Origin: Selaginella moellendorffii
Taxonomy: Eukaryota; Plantae; Lycopodiophyta
Assembly: GCF_000143415.4 (NCBI RefSeq)
Contig: NW_003314276.1
Location: 1,308,366-1,372,365, forward strand
Direction: 5' to 3'
Length of the DNA stretch: 64,000 bases
Shown here piece by piece: positions 49,493 through 63,228 of this stretch (positions are counted from its first letter, which is position 1; the number at the start of each line of letters is the position of its first letter). Position numbers and translations under genes: made by a program. The notes beneath the pieces are model-generated. The model ran no database searches. It saw only the letters and a program-made list of their open reading frames with translations, and had not been told where the DNA came from.

Positions 49493-51019
49493 ATGTCACA
49501 CCCTGGCCAAAGATCACATCGCCAAGGTGAGAATCTCAACACTCTAGAATCCTCAAAGTCTCACCTCACGCGAGAATTCCAGGCAAAAACAGCCATGGAC
49601 AAGTTCCTCCAAAGCGTCGAGTCGAATCCCCACAGACGAGACGCAGCCGAGCCTTGCTACTCGCTGCACGAGCCAGGAGACCTCGTCTATGGAACCGCTC
49701 TCGTCTTTCACGGATTCGGGCAATCTCCACAGCAGTGCCAGTTGCTCGCGGACTACCTGTTTGACAATGGCTTCAATGTCTACCAGCCTTGCCTTGCTCG
49801 CCACTATCTCGGAAATCCGACTCTAAACTGGCCGCAGGTGACACATCTTAAAGTTCGCTCTTTACTTTCATCTCCACCCAGGTCGATCTCAAGCCGGAAC
49901 TGAAAGAGAAGATCCGGCAAAACTTCCTCAAGGATCCGGTCCTAGCCAAGGAGCTCTATATCTCTGTAAGCCTTCGGCTATGACGTTTTCATCCTGCTGA
50001 CAGTCTGCTGGCCTGTGTTCTTCGTGATTGTTGTCCCAGGCGGAAGACACCATGCAGCGAGTTCGCTCCCTTTCCCCCGAAATGTCTGATATAATCGCTG
50101 CGCTCGACCAAGGTGACCGTAGCCAGGATTTCCAGAGGTCTGTGAGCGCTGCTCTTCACCTCCAAAATGAACTAACCACTTGGCTGCCAGGTTTTTCGAC
50201 TCGAGCCACTTGGACTACTTCACGGAAGCCGAGCAGCGACTAGAAGAAGTGCGTGCTCTGCCAGGCCCGATCTTCGCGATAGGCATCTCGATGGGAGGAG
50301 CCACTGCGTTGCATCTCGCCAACACTTATCCAGACACAATCTCGAAAGTCGTAGCGTACGCCCCGCTCCTGAAGGTAGGACGAAACTTAGGCTTCGAAAC
50401 AAAAGAAGAAAGAACAAACTTACTAATGATCGATCGATTTTCTGGCCAGACAATGGATGATGCGAGGAGAGAATTTGCTCTGGCGATCGGCCCGCTGGAC
50501 GTGAAAGAAACCGGATGGGAGCCATCGCTCCAGTTCACAGTGGGATGCCTTGTAGCAATCGACCTGTGTGGGACTCGCATCAGCCAATCCAACATAGATA
50601 ACCTCGCAAAGAAAGTCGCTACCTTGCTACTCTTCACCGCAAACGAAGACTCGGCCGACCTTCCAACGCAGGAGAAATTCGCGCAAAGACTAAAAGCCAT
50701 CTCCTCCGGTAGGATGCTTTGATCTTCAACAATGCGGAAAAATTCTCCCGTTGCTACTGTCCCAGATGGAGTGCCACACCTGCATTACACATATCGCCGC
50801 GAGCTGGAAGTCCCGCACGCGATGATCCACCCAAACGAGGTAGGAAATCGAGAAATTCTCGAGAGATTTCTAACCTCTCGCTTGGCGCAGAGGCCGATCG
50901 CGAACAAGCTGTGGAGAAGAATGTACCAGGAGACATTTCGATTCCTGACCACCGGGAAGGCGCGCCAGGACGAGCTCGATTCGCTGCGCCAAGACGAAAC
51001 CCTACCCCAAGTACCATAA
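49493..51019 (+). CDS. alpha/beta-hydrolase (carboxylesterase/lipase-like), multi-exon; start could be 49596
   Basis: LVFHGFGQSP oxyanion-type motif, GISMGG nucleophile elbow, late Asp/His candidates (NEDSAD, VPHAM); short GT-AG introns, e.g. 49838-49881. Confidence 0.8.
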
Positions 51020-51322
51020 ACCCTAAAACCCCAAATTCTCGGGAGCAAACTTTTATCTCCTCGTGAGAGCGAACAAACTAAACTCTAGAACTTTGGATCA
51101 AACCTGAGAGATCTATTCCTATCCTAGATAGAAGTTTTTCGTTGTGATCTTCTTCTCAAGCTCCTGTGACTCTCGAAAGAACTTAGAACTCTCTGGAACT
51201 TGACGCTCGCTCTACCTGCAAGGAAGAAAGAACGTCGATCAAAACACGAGAAAAGAGAGAGAACCACCATCGCCACTCGCCTGGAAGAACTTGGAACTCG
51301 GCATGGATGGTGTGGAGTCGCT

Positions 51323-52078
51323 TCACTGCTCGCCATCCGAGGCCGTGGATTGCTGGCCTTGAGCCTGCGATTGCTGGGCTTGGGTCTGTTGATCCGGCTG
51401 CCACTGCTGCTGCTGCTGCTGCTGCGGCGACGCCATGTACTGCATTGGCGGCCGCTGCTGCTGCGCGTAGAGCGCTGGATCCATTGGAATGGCCGGCCTT
51501 CCAATCACCCCCGGAGGAGTCTGCCCAGGAATCATGTAGTACTGCATGTCCGGAGCTCCGATCGGCAGCGCTGATCGCGAGACACCCAGCGCCTCGTCCT
51601 TGACATCCTCGCGCGGCACGATGTCCACCAGGAAATCGAAGATGTCCGTGCGAGTGACCGCCGCCGCGATGTCGTTCTTCTGGAGCGTCCGCCGCTTGTT
51701 CTCCTCGGTGTGCATCCACGCGCGCAGCGTCAGCTCCAGGATGAACATCTCGCACGCCTTGGCGAAGAGCACGGGCGCCTCGCCCGAGATCATCCTCACG
51801 TCCTCGTCCGCCTTCATGATCTTCTTGATGCGCGCCAGGGGCAGGCTGTGCGTCTTGAAATCCATCACCTCCTGGACCTCTTGCATCTGCCCCATCCAAA
51901 ACTCTTGCATCTGCCGCTGCTGCTGCTGCTGCAAATGCTGGTAGCTCATCCCCGGCGCTGGGAATCCCCCCGCTGGCTGCCCCGCCGCGATCTGACCTAG
52001 CGCCATGCCCGGAGGAGCCCCAGCGCCCGCCATTCCCTGCCCGGCGTACTGCGATTCGTTCTGCGAGCTCTGATCCAT
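51323..52078 (-). CDS. NF-YC: Nuclear factor Y subunit C (HAP5-like histone fold)
   Basis: [64 protein letters not shown]; Q-rich flanks. Confidence 0.97.
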   Translation of the reverse strand: MDQSSQNESQYAGQGMAGAGAPPGMALGQIAAGQPAGGFPAPGMSYQHLQQQQQRQMQEFWMGQMQEVQEVMDFKTHSLPLARIKKIMKADEDVRMISGEAPVLFAKACEMFILELTLRAWMHTEENKRRTLQKNDIAAAVTRTDIFDFLVDIVPREDVKDEALGVSRSALPIGAPDMQYYMIPGQTPPGVIGRPAIPMDPALYAQQQRPPMQYMASPQQQQQQQWQPDQQTQAQQSQAQGQQSTASDGEQ

Positions 52079-53205
52079 GCTCACCCCTGCCACGGCCAGG
52101 AGGAAGGATCTCAGCTAGAGCGCCGCGCGGCGGCGAGGGATTTTCCGGGAGGAAAGATTGGAAATATCGGGCCTACCTGGTGGATCGCGCTCGCGTCTCC
52201 CGGCCTGTGCGCCTTAGGGCTCGCGCTTCGTTGCAGGCCGTAAGATCCCACTAGTCCGTTGCCCTTCACTGACGGCCGTCAATCGGGGGCTTGGCACGTG
52301 GTGCTCCATCACACCGTCTAATTTAAAATTTCTAGGGGTTAGGGTTTAATATTGAAAAAGTACTAACTAAATTAAAGTGGTATAACAATTTTTTTAATAG
52401 TGTAATATTTTTAATATTTAATATTATTTTTAATTTATTAAATTAGCTGATCCTTATTTCTAAAAATTGATTAAACAATCCCAAATTTGTGTAGCTTATA
52501 AAATATTTATTTTTACTAAATAGATTTCAATTGTTACTTGCCTCACTCATATAATTTTTAAGAACTCTAGATATATGAGAATAAAAAAATTTAAATACTC
52601 GACATACATACTGAAAGTTGTTGAAGAATTTTTTGATATAAAAATCTTAATCCGAAATCAAGAATAATCTTCATTATAATGTAGTCATTGGTATTAGAAA
52701 TAAATAATTTATCATAAATAAAATAAGAATGTAGATTGAATTCTATTTTATATCCTAAAGGCAAAAAAGTTAATCTCGCAGTTCTATAATTTATTTTATG
52801 TAAAGTAGAATGTTATTGATGTTATTTTAGATTATACACTTTTAACTGTGAAAACAAAACTTACAAAAATCAGATTTCTTTTTTATCCCACTATGGTTCT
52901 GTTTGATTTATACAAGTTACCCACCGCTTTCTTCATTGAGCTGCCTTCGTTGGTATGAAAAAAAAACCTTCCCAACGTCAAAGGAAAGCACTGGCAAAAA
53001 ACCATCCAGCCGATACACTCTGCCTGTTAGCAATTTGTCTGTCATGTGATCTATAATACAGCACCAGTCGTGTCTTGTCTTTCTGCCGCTGCACCACCAA
53101 AATTATTCCAAAACCGAAATACTCCCGAGAAAAATGTACACCTTGCACCAAAAAAACACTCCCTCCCACCTCAGCTTCCCGCTTGCCTGCCTCGTCGTGT
53201 TGATT

Positions 53206-56200
53206 TCAATCCTTCTCAACGTCCGAAGAACTCTGGCCACCGTTGTCATTCTCGTCGTCTTTGCTGGAGCAGCTGCTGCTGCTAGAGGTTTCAAAATGGC
53301 AGAGGCCATTTCGTTCTTTTCCCGGACGAGTTCTGACGTTAGACCCAACGGGGAATGGCTCCTGCCAAGATCCAAACAAGAAAAGTTAGAAGAGTGTATA
53401 AAAGTCTGCGCAGTATTGCTTACAGGATCGCCCAGGTTGGGACCTTCCGAACGAAACAGAATTGGGCGGCATCTCTTGTCTTCGTTCATGAGGCTTGAGT
53501 TTTGGAAATGTGCGACGAGGGCAACCTTGCCTTGTATTCGAGCGTAAGCCAGAGAAGCAACCTTCTCGCTGTTGAACTTCTCCCACTTCTTTCCATTGAA
53601 GGTCTGTAAGATCGAGAATGAGAATGCGCACGAAGAAAACAACGGTGTCAAACCTTGAAGAAAGGGACGATATGCACAGGTGCAATCATGTTGATGAAAG
53701 CATACCCCACGTTACACTTATTCTGAAAGGAGAACCAACAATCAGCAAGAATGTAAGGATTTCTCGTTATACGATTACCTTAAAATCAATAGGTAAGTAG
53801 ATGAAATCATAGGTACCGCGATGATGTTCGTCAATTGTTGACAACAGCATCTTCGACGTGTACCTAGACACTCAGTAGCAGATCAGAAAAGTTCAAACTC
53901 GTAAAAATGAAAGAGAACTTACTTGTTTGGTATGTTTTTTATCATCAGTGTTGTCCGTAAGTCTTCCCCGCGAAGAATACGCTCCAAGTCAAGCTGATAC
54001 TTCTTGTTCTCTGCCAGAGTCAAAGTGCTGTCGGTTCTTCGGCTTCTACAACGGTCGCTAAAAGTCTCCAAAGTCGCACCATTTGGAAAGGAACGGGGCC
54101 TAAGTTGTGGTGACATAACACCCAACCTGGGAGAATCCACCAATCCTTTCGATGTAGCAATAGCAGCCAGGTTCAAACCGCCGTGAGTGAGGCCAGCCCC
54201 CTTAGAACCATTCATTCTCAGGCCGCCGAGAGATCCTGGCCATCCTAAGGCTGATCTCTCGGCCAAGTCAGAGTAGTACCTATTCTGGCCATCCATCAGA
54301 CTCTGCTCGGTAAATGTTGCTGAATAATCTGCAGCTCGGCTATGCCCGTCCGCATGGTACATGGAATTCGCGGAGTATAGCGAGCCCGAACTGTTCCATG
54401 GCAAGTCCCCGCTTCTCGAAGCAGAAACTCCAAAAGCTGGAGAGAAATAAAAATGGCATGATCAGTCCACGATGACTGTTTGATTGCTGAAAACTTACCT
54501 CTGGATGATTGCTCGAGAGACGGCACGTCACACAAGCTCGAGACTGCCCTCTGAAGGGTACCAGCATCTAGCTCGTCATAATTTCCAAAGCCGGGTGGAA
54601 CCCGTGTTGGACTGTCGAGGTCAGGAATCTGTAACGATGGAAATTGCTGACGGATTCGAAGGCCAACAGACCGCTCCGGTTGTATGAAAGAATCAGGATT
54701 TGCGGACATGCCGTTTCGTAGCGGAGAGGACACACGTGCAGGTAACGAACCAGCATTTACGTTTAGAGGCTTGATACCCAAGGAACCAAAAGTGCCTCGC
54801 TCGTTCAACTTATTCATAGGAGTACTCCACTGCGGTGAATGCCCTGGAGTGCAATCAGTTAGATAAAATAAATAGAACGTCGTGCATAAAACAAACCTGC
54901 AGGCGAAGCACCCAATGATGCCTGAAGTTGCTGACACCGAAACTCTTCCTGCTCCAGCTCTTGAGTGAGCTGTTGCATTAGGCTGAAAAATAAATCTCAA
55001 AAATCGATTCCAATGCTTGCAGTAGTCGAGCACATTACCTTCTTCGAGCACCACCGGGACGACTGGGTTCCAGCTTTATACGCTTTCCTGCGATGTCGCT
55101 TCTGTTCAAGGCTCTCAAGGCAGCTTCAGCTGCCCTGACATCGTAAAACTCTATAAACTTGTGGTGCTTCTTGTGTGGGGTCTCACGTATCTGACGTAGT
55201 ATCATCCACATGTGAGAAGCCTGTCTAGTACAAGAGCTTGTACTCACCTCTTTGATCTCACCATAAACACCAAAAATATGCCGAAGGTCGTCGTTGGTCA
55301 CTGAGGCGTCGAGATTAAATACCACTAAAGTGCCCTGGTTAACATCTTTATCTGAGGGGTTATCCTGCAAGAGACCGTGTTAGTTCCATGCCGTATATTG
55401 CTACACAATACCTTCGGAATGGAAAAGTGAATATCTAACTTTCGACGCCTGAGCGGTTTGTTCTGGAGGGCGCGCATTGCAGTACGGGCTGCTCGAATGT
55501 CGTAGTAGGAAATCATCACGAATCCCCGATGCTTACAGGCGGTATACAAAGTGCGAATGGCACCATATTGCTGGTGAAAAGGGAGAGGACACAAAATGAG
55601 CAAAGAAAAGGTAAAACAAGATTTCGTTACCTCAAAAAGTGCTCGCAGCTCCACATCTTCAACGTTACTGTTTATGTTCCTCACAAAAAGCGTTCGCGAA
55701 GGATGCTCGCCGTAGGGGTGCTCCCCGGCCAACACTGCGGCTGTGTTGCCACCAATCTGATAGTTGTTCAAGTAAGGATCACCCTCCAGCTCCAGGCCAC
55801 CCCCGCTGTTGAAAATGTCGTAGTCATCCTCGTTACTGTTCCGCTCGTAAGCATAGCCCACCTCGGCTAAAAGATCCTCCTCCGCATCAGGAAGAAGTCT
55901 GCCTAAAGCGTGTGACTCGAGCTCTTGCATCGATCCGAAAAGCTCGTCAGTTTCAGTCTCGGCATCCGGATCAGAGACTACCGTCGGTTCCGACAGTTTG
56001 ACTGCATGCATAGCAAAAAAAAAAAAAAAACAGAGAGAAGATCAGAGTAAGAGAAAAAGATGATTTTAGTAGTAGTAACTTACGTCTTTGCTGGAGCGTA
56101 TTTGGTAGAGAGTGGGCGAGCCCATTTATCGGAGAAACCGGGGGGAATGGGTTTCTTCCTCTCCCATTTTCTAACCAACCATTGGCGTTGTTGGCGACAC

Positions 56201-56357
56201 CGTCGTGATTTCTAGCTAGATTGTGAAGCCCATTCGCCCAGTCCGGCTCGGCAAGCGACCACCCGTGCTGGGAGAAGGCCTCGAATTTTCGAGCGCCAGC
56301 GGGGAAGAGCTGGCCGACGCTGCGAGTTTCCATCTCCATCGCAGAAAGCTCCTGCAT
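53206..56357 (-). CDS. AML: MEI2-like RRM RNA-binding protein (AML clade), paralog 1, multi-exon
   Basis: GEHPYGEHPSRTLFVRNINSNVED, RRRKLDIHFSIPK, NQGTLVVFNLD, RTTLMIKNIPNK, WEKFNSEKVASLAYARIQG. Confidence 0.95.
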
Positions 56358-56901
56358 TCACAGATTTTTCTCACAGCGTCAGGCACCAAGAATCCACGCC
56401 ATGGCGGGCAAACCTGGCGAGGGAGTGAAATTACGCCGCGAGAGGGACTACGCTCGCCCTAGCACGAAAGCGCGCGATCAATTGAGCGCGAGAGAAGAGC
56501 TCCGGGGAGACGACAAGGAGGAGCGTGTGAATGAGGGAGCGCGATCATGACGAGGAGCCTAAAGCAGGGGAAGAGAGGGAATCGAGTAGATCCAAGCGAA
56601 ATATCCAGCGGGAACTTGATCTTGGGGCGGGAATCCATGATTTGGAGCTCCTGGAGCTCACAGCAGCGGGATCACCAAGCCAGAGGAATCCCATGCGTAG
56701 CTTACATGATGCAGATCGGCACAATCCAGAGCTCGAAGCGGCGCCTGTTCGATGCGTCCTCCACTGCCGCGATCGATCGATGCTCCATAGCTCTCTCTTC
56801 TCTTTCTCTCTCTTCTCTCCCTCGCGCTCTCTCTTTCCCTCTTCGTACAAAAACCACGCAAAAACAAAGAAAGAAAAGGGAAAGAACGCACCAACACGCA
56901 T

Positions 56902-56950
56902 ACACACCCTCTCTCTAGCCCGCGGGCAGACACGGGCAGCGCGGGCAGGC
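56902..56950 (-). promoter_or_regulatory. Conserved upstream element of AML paralog 1
   Basis: ACACACCCTCTCTCTAGCCCGCGGGCAG plus CGGGCAG repeats, shared with 63163-63228. Confidence 0.55.
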
Positions 56951-58125
56951 CTGCCCGTTTCGCCCTTGCCGGCCGGCGCAAGATAAGTTTTCACGAGCAG
57001 CTTCCCGGCAGCATTTCCGTTGACCTGACGCGGCACGATCGCCGCCGTTGTGGCCTGAGATGGACGGGCAGGATTTGGCGGGCCAGAAGCTCGTTTGTCG
57101 TTACTCGCGTTGGTCCCAATGGCCATGTGGCCCAATGGGGCCCTTGCGTGTTGTCCTATTGGCTCAATCTTATCTCTACGGATTCTAATTTCTTTTTCTT
57201 TGATTGATCGAGAGGAGATGGTAGGGTTAGCTAACACCACCTTTGCTTTGTTTCTATCTCCCGCCCCGGAACAAAAGATATTAGGGCATGGAGAGGACGT
57301 GGCCTGTGGCTCTTTCACGCTGAGTGTGATTGTCTGCGTAGATCGCTCGCACAGGAAAAACGATGCAAGTGGTCCCTGGAGAAATGAATGACCCAATGGT
57401 TTTTTGTACATATAGTCAAGGAATTCACTTGGAGATCCAGGCACCAACTTTGGCAAAATGTGACCCCGCCAACCATAGATTGCGGAATGAGATCTTCTAA
57501 TTCAATGAAAATTGGCTGTCCATGTGTGTCACGCTTGCAAGAAACACTTAAATTGGCAGTGATCAAAAACTATATTAAATCAAAGAATGTTTAAGTTAAA
57601 TCCATTTTTCGAAAATAAAGCTGGCAGGGTGAAAAATACGTACAACTGGCGCCACTTTTTCGAAGCATTCAAATTTCGAAGCTTCCTTCTTCCCAGGGCA
57701 AAGAAAAAGCGAGGGAATCCAATCCATACACACGTCACGGGTTCGAATTCTCCTCCTTTATTTGAATTTTTTTTATCCCGGCCAATAGTTTTTTCGTGGA
57801 TTGGTAGGCTTAATGATGTGCACTGCCGCGGCTGCTGGCGCAACCTTTTTCTCCTCCAATCAATCATTTGGTCACACAAAAGTTGGGGCATATGCTCTGT
57901 AGTACGGCCAAAGATTCCACCCAATTCCTTGGTTTCGAGATGAGAACCTTTGAGCGAAAGTTATAAAACGTTACAACGGAGTATAATTCCATAAGAGAAA
58001 AATTTTAGTGTAGCAGCCAAGCAGCAGACATCGAGAAGGCATTCCTTTCGCGGCCCAAAAAATTGATATCTGCCTGGAAAAACCGAAAAGTAGCGTAGCG
58101 ATGGACGATGAAAGCTTTCATCTTC

Positions 58126-59332
58126 TCAAAGGAGGTTCCGCAAGAGCCTCGCGAAGACCCGCCACGATGGCCACAGCCAGTCGATGGCGTCCTCGTACTT
58201 GGTATACAACCACAGCGCCAAGCGAGCCAACGCTTCCCTGAGATCGCGAAGAGCTTGAGTTTTCACGTACCGGATCGCCCAAACTCTGGAGCTCGACGCA
58301 AACTTCTTGGCGTTGGAGATGCCTGTTCTCAACTCCTGTTGGAGCTTTCCCGTTCTCACGTCGGACAAGAGTTGGAGTCCTCGCTGATTCAGTGCCTGGA
58401 CCCTCGCTGCTCCATACTTTTGGTACAAGCTTCCAGCGTAAATCCCTGCCTGGATATAAAAGCTCATGGCCAGAGGGCCCAGCGTCCATACTCGCCACAG
58501 ATCATCCGAGACTGCTTTTCCAAACCGGACAGTCACAGCCGCGTAGAAAATGCCACTGGAAAGAAAGACGAAAAACTTTAGCATATAGAACATAGAATTT
58601 TTCTACTTACAATACGATCACCGGCCATTTTATCGCGGGATGGATGCTCCACCAAAGTGTCGACGGTTGAGGAGGTTTTAGCGTCTGCAGCTTTTGCTTC
58701 AACACCTGTTTCGCGTCGGCGCTCTTTCTTCTAACTTCCGTGATTGCCAGGAGCTCCCTCGCGACCTGGAGAGATCCGCGATCTTTTAAGTTTTGCCTCC
58801 AGTGCTGCAGCGAGCCTTGTAACTGCTGCCACAATCTTTCTCTTTGTTGCCAGTCGAGCGTAGGCGTCGAGGAGGATGATGTCGGTGAGTCGTTGCCGTC
58901 GGACTCGTTCTCGGCAACGTCTTGGAATGACACAGCACGAAAAGTTTGTTTCCTGTTCGTTGCTTTTGGAAACAGCATAAGATATCCGTGTGGATCAAGT
59001 TGTGAGGATCTAGAAAAAAAGAAAGCAACATAGGAGAGACTTCACATACTTGCAAAGAAAGAAAGAAAAAAATATTGAAAACTTCGCTACCTTAACACAA
59101 TCTTTGAAAAACTGTGCGTCCAGGACGATTGTAGATTCGTGTTCTCGACGTAGCTACACGTACAGAGGGATTTTTCTTTCACCGAGCGTACAAAGCTTGG
59201 GTGAGAAACACAAGCTACGTGAAGACCCTGCAATGAAAGGAAAGTTATTAAAAACGTAAGTCGCGATTTGTTTAACACGAACACCAAGAGCGCTGCTCTC
59301 TAGAAACTTACTCCAACGTTAAGTGCTGTCAT
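58126..59332 (-). CDS. EMB2759-like membrane protein, multi-exon
   Basis: IHPAIKWP, FGKAVSDDL..VWTLGPL, GKL, WLYTKYEDAIDWLWP..R pattern recalled for the EMB2759 family; short first exon MTALNVG followed by GTAAG. Confidence 0.65.
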
Positions 59333-59967
59333 CTTCAAGCTACGCGGCGAGCGAGTGGAAAAAACAATAGAATTCCCGGAGAATCCTTTCGTTTGGATTC
59401 ACAATCCACTTCTCGCGAGGAATCTGTAAGCGCGGATTAAAACTCACGGCACTGGAGCACGAATTAGGGCCGTGGGAAGGAACACAGGCAATCCACATTG
59501 GATGGAGCTTATGGCTCCCGAAAGGAATCAACCGCAGCGAAACCTCGCAAGCAATCCAATGCCAGGCGCGGGCGCGCTGGATTCTTACCGGGCAAGGCGC
59601 TCTCCACAATCGCCCACTCCCCGCTCGCGCTAAAGCCCTGAATCTCTTTGGCGAGGAAAGGAAATCTCCATCGTTAAAAATCTCTTTTTATCCCTTTGGC
59701 CTTAACTAGCTGAAACTTTCAAGCTTGGAACTTGTTATGTTAGCCAAGCTCTAATATAACTCTCAAAACCATAGTTTGATGGCCTCTCTCTGTACAAAAA
59801 TCGATGCTTCTTCTTCTTCTTTTCATCGGAACGAAGAAACCATCGATCAATCCAAACAAAATACACCGCCTGCTAGAAAGATCCTTACGGACTTCCCACA
59901 GCTCTCTTGCCGCAGCTAGAAAAAAAGAAGGAACTCGTACAAAAGCTCGCACCTCTCTCCATCTCGA

Positions 59968-62852
59968 TCACAGCGAAGAGATTTCGAACTGGCAGTTTCC
60001 AGCCGGCTCGGGCCGAGCAGCACAAAAGTGTTGCTGCAACAAGCAAATCTTAGATCGATGAAGAGCTATCTCCTAAGCACTACTTACCGGATTGTTTTCC
60101 GAAGGGAAGAGTATTGGACGACACCTTTTGTCCTCGTTCATGAGGCTCGAGTTTTGGAAGTGTGCGACCAGCGCGGCCTTGCCCTGGATCCGTGCGTAGG
60201 CGAGAGAAGCAACCTTTTCGCTGTTGAACTTCTCCCACTTCTTGCCGTTAAAACTCTGAAAGTCACAGAGCCACCAACAAGGATTACAACCAGAGGAGCG
60301 AGAGAATTGATCGAACCTTGTAAAAGGGGACGATGTGAGCTGGCTCGGTCATGTTGATGAATGCATAGCCAACGTTGCATTTGTTCTGCACAGGCAAAAG
60401 CCGATCAATACCAGGGAAACACTTTTGCTCGCCTAAAATCACCTTAAAGTCAATTGGTAAATAGATGAAATCGTAGGTACCACGGTGGTGCTCGTCAATT
60501 GTCGACAGAAGCAGCTTTGATGTGTACCTAAAAGCCGAAAAACGTAAATATGACCGCAAGACTGGAATGCTTACTTGTTTGGTATGTTTTTTATCATCAG
60601 CGTCGTCCGCAAGTCATTCCCGAGGAGGATGCGTTCCAAGTCCAGCTGATACTTCTTGTTCTCCGCAAGCCCCGCAGAAATTTCACCCCTCCGGCTCTTG
60701 CAACGTTCGCTAAAATTATCCAGTGACCCAGCACCATTGACAAATGGACCAGTTCTATATAGCGGTCCCAACCGTGAAGAATCCACAAGGCCACTGAAAG
60801 CCTGATTGGATCCTTTCATATTCAGGCCCCCAACCGGTCCTGACCATGACATGCCCGGCAAGTCAGTGAAGAAGCCATTGTGACCGTCGACTAGCTTTCG
60901 ATCCGCAAAGGCTGCGGAAAGTTCCATACTCGCCCGGGTGGAGTCCAAATGCCTGTCTCCCACAAAACTTTGTAGTTGAGAATGGAACGGACTGGAATTA
61001 CTCCAGAGTGACTGCTCTGTGATTCTCGTACCCGTAAGAACTGCACAGTCGAGATGTCAGTCACACCGTAACGAGAAAGATAACATCTTCGTACCTCTGG
61101 GTGAGTGGTCGAGCGATGCCGACACTTCTCGTAAGCTAGAGGGTCTTCTCTGGTCATACACACCAAAACTGGTGGGGTCCTGGTCAGAGATCTGTAAAGA
61201 TGAAAATTGCTGACGCATGAAGTGACCAGAGGACCGACCGAGAGAATCAGGAATGTTAACATGTAATGGAGAAGAGACCCGGGCAGGAACGCTACCAACA
61301 CCGTTTGGATGCTGGCTAGCAAAGGAGCCGAATGAAGAGTGCACAGCTCTTATTCCTGGATCATTCATTCGAAGCGTGCTGCTTCCCCAGTGTGGCGATT
61401 GCCCTGCCGCAAGGTATTACACTTGAAACACGTAAGCATCTATGCAACTTCAGGAAGCATACCTGAAGGTGACGAGTCCAAAGGTGTCTGCATCTGCTGG
61501 CACCGAAACTCTTCCTGCTCCAGCTCGTGGGTGAGCTGTTGCATTAAGCTGAAACAATCGCTTCAAAACTCTGTTTCCTGGCTTCCACACAGACACGTAC
61601 CTCCTACGAGCACCACCAGGGCGACTGGGTTCCAGTTTGATACGTTTCCCCGCAATATCGCTTCTGTTCAGCGCTCTTAGCGCCGCTTCAGCTGCCCTGA
61701 CATCGTAAAACTCAATAAATTTATGATGCTTCTTGTGTGGTGTCTCGCGTATCTGAATTACAAAAGAGAGTTGCATACGTAAACATTGTCACCGAAAAGA
61801 CAAAAAGACAGCATACCTCTTTAATTTCTCCATAGACACCAAAAATTTGTCTCAGGTCGTCGTTTGTGACTGACGTGTCCAGATTAAATACAACTAGCGT
61901 CCCCTGGTTGACATCTTTATCGGACGGGTTATCCTGACGAAGCGAGCATTAGCGTAAGAAGCAACTCAGAAATTCTGAGTACCTTCGGTATTGAAAAGTG
62001 GATGTCCAGCTTTCTTCGCCGTAGAGGTTTGTTCTGGAGACCACGCATGGCACTCCGGGCAGCCCGGATGTCGTAATAAGATATCATCACAAATCCGCGG
62101 TGTTTACAAGCGGTATACAGCGTGCGAATATCACCGTATTGCTTAAAAGAAGAGAAGGTAAAAAACAAAACGTGTGTCACGCGCGCTCAAGAAAACCGAA
62201 AACAAATGCAGCCTCACCTCAAAAAGTGCTCGAAGCTCCGCATCTTCAACGTTACTGTTGATGTTGCGAACAAAAAGCGTTCTAGAGGGATGTTCTCCAT
62301 ACGGGTGTTCTCCTGCCAAAACATTCCCGGTAAAGTTCCCGTTTGTGCTTGCGATGTCACCCTCCAGCTCCATTCCACCACCACTGTTGAAAAAATCGAA
62401 CTCATCATCGTGAAGAGAGCCCAGATTGTATCCAGAATCGGCTAAAAGGTCCTCTTCGGCATCCGGAAGGAGAGTCCCCAAGGCATGCGACTCGAGCTCT
62501 TGCATAGAACCAAAGATGTCGTCACCCTCCACATCCTCGGAAGCAAGCGGCTCTAGACAATCGCAAATATCAGAAAAAAGGAACTCGAGGAAAGAGAGAA
62601 CTCACGTCTTTCAAGAACTAAGTTTGGCAGCGAGCAAGGAGCACTAAGAAGGCGATTTAACTGTGAAGTGGCCGAGAACATCGACGATCCAACTGGCGCA
62701 TCAAAATCCACCTTGCCCGTGTGGAATTCATTGCTACACCATCCGGAGTCCGAGAAGGCTCCAAATTCACGCCCGCCAGCGTGACTGGGGAAGAGCTGCG
62801 AGGTATTGGATGCCATCCAGGCAGCCGATCCTGCGCGAACACTCCCGCTCAT
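59968..62852 (-). CDS. AML: MEI2-like RRM RNA-binding protein (AML clade), paralog 2, multi-exon
   Basis: Same RRM1/2/3 motifs and a similar intron layout to paralog 1. Confidence 0.95.
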
Positions 62853-63162
62853 CAGCACAACATCAAAACCCTAGAGCGTGGGAAAAACAGAGTCTAGAGA
62901 TCGCGGCAGTGGAGCGCCGCAAATTCGAGCTCCCGGAGCTCGCCAGGGCCGAAATTTCGAGAATGAAGGCGCGAGGGACACTCACATGACGTGAATCGCA
63001 GCATTCCGGAGCTTAGATCGATCGCGCCGAGATGAGGAACACGATGCGCTCGCCGCCGCGCCCGCCGCTGCTGGTGCCGCCAGGGATTCCTCCTCCCCCG
63101 CCAGCGTCCAAGAGCACTGCTCGCCATTTTTGCCTAGTCGATTGAAGCACAAAGAAAGGGGC

Positions 63163-63228
63163 ACACACCCTCTCTCTAGCCCGCGGGCAGGTCGGGCAGG
63201 TCGGGCAGGTCGGGCAGCCACGGGCAGC
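63163..63228 (-). promoter_or_regulatory. Conserved upstream element of AML paralog 2
   Basis: Same core as 56902-56950, with five CGGGCAG units. Confidence 0.55.

Larger units (their letters stand above)
44757..51917 (+). repeat. Segmental duplication, copy 2 (intact genes)
   Basis: Colinear with 14661-21636. Confidence 0.95.

Noticed and set aside
56545-57456. 303-aa ORF and apparent uORFs upstream of the AML genes
   Set aside because: No recognisable domain; overlaps promoter/leader with GA repeats. The apparent stops coincide with GTAAG/GTGAG, likely 5'-UTR splice donors.
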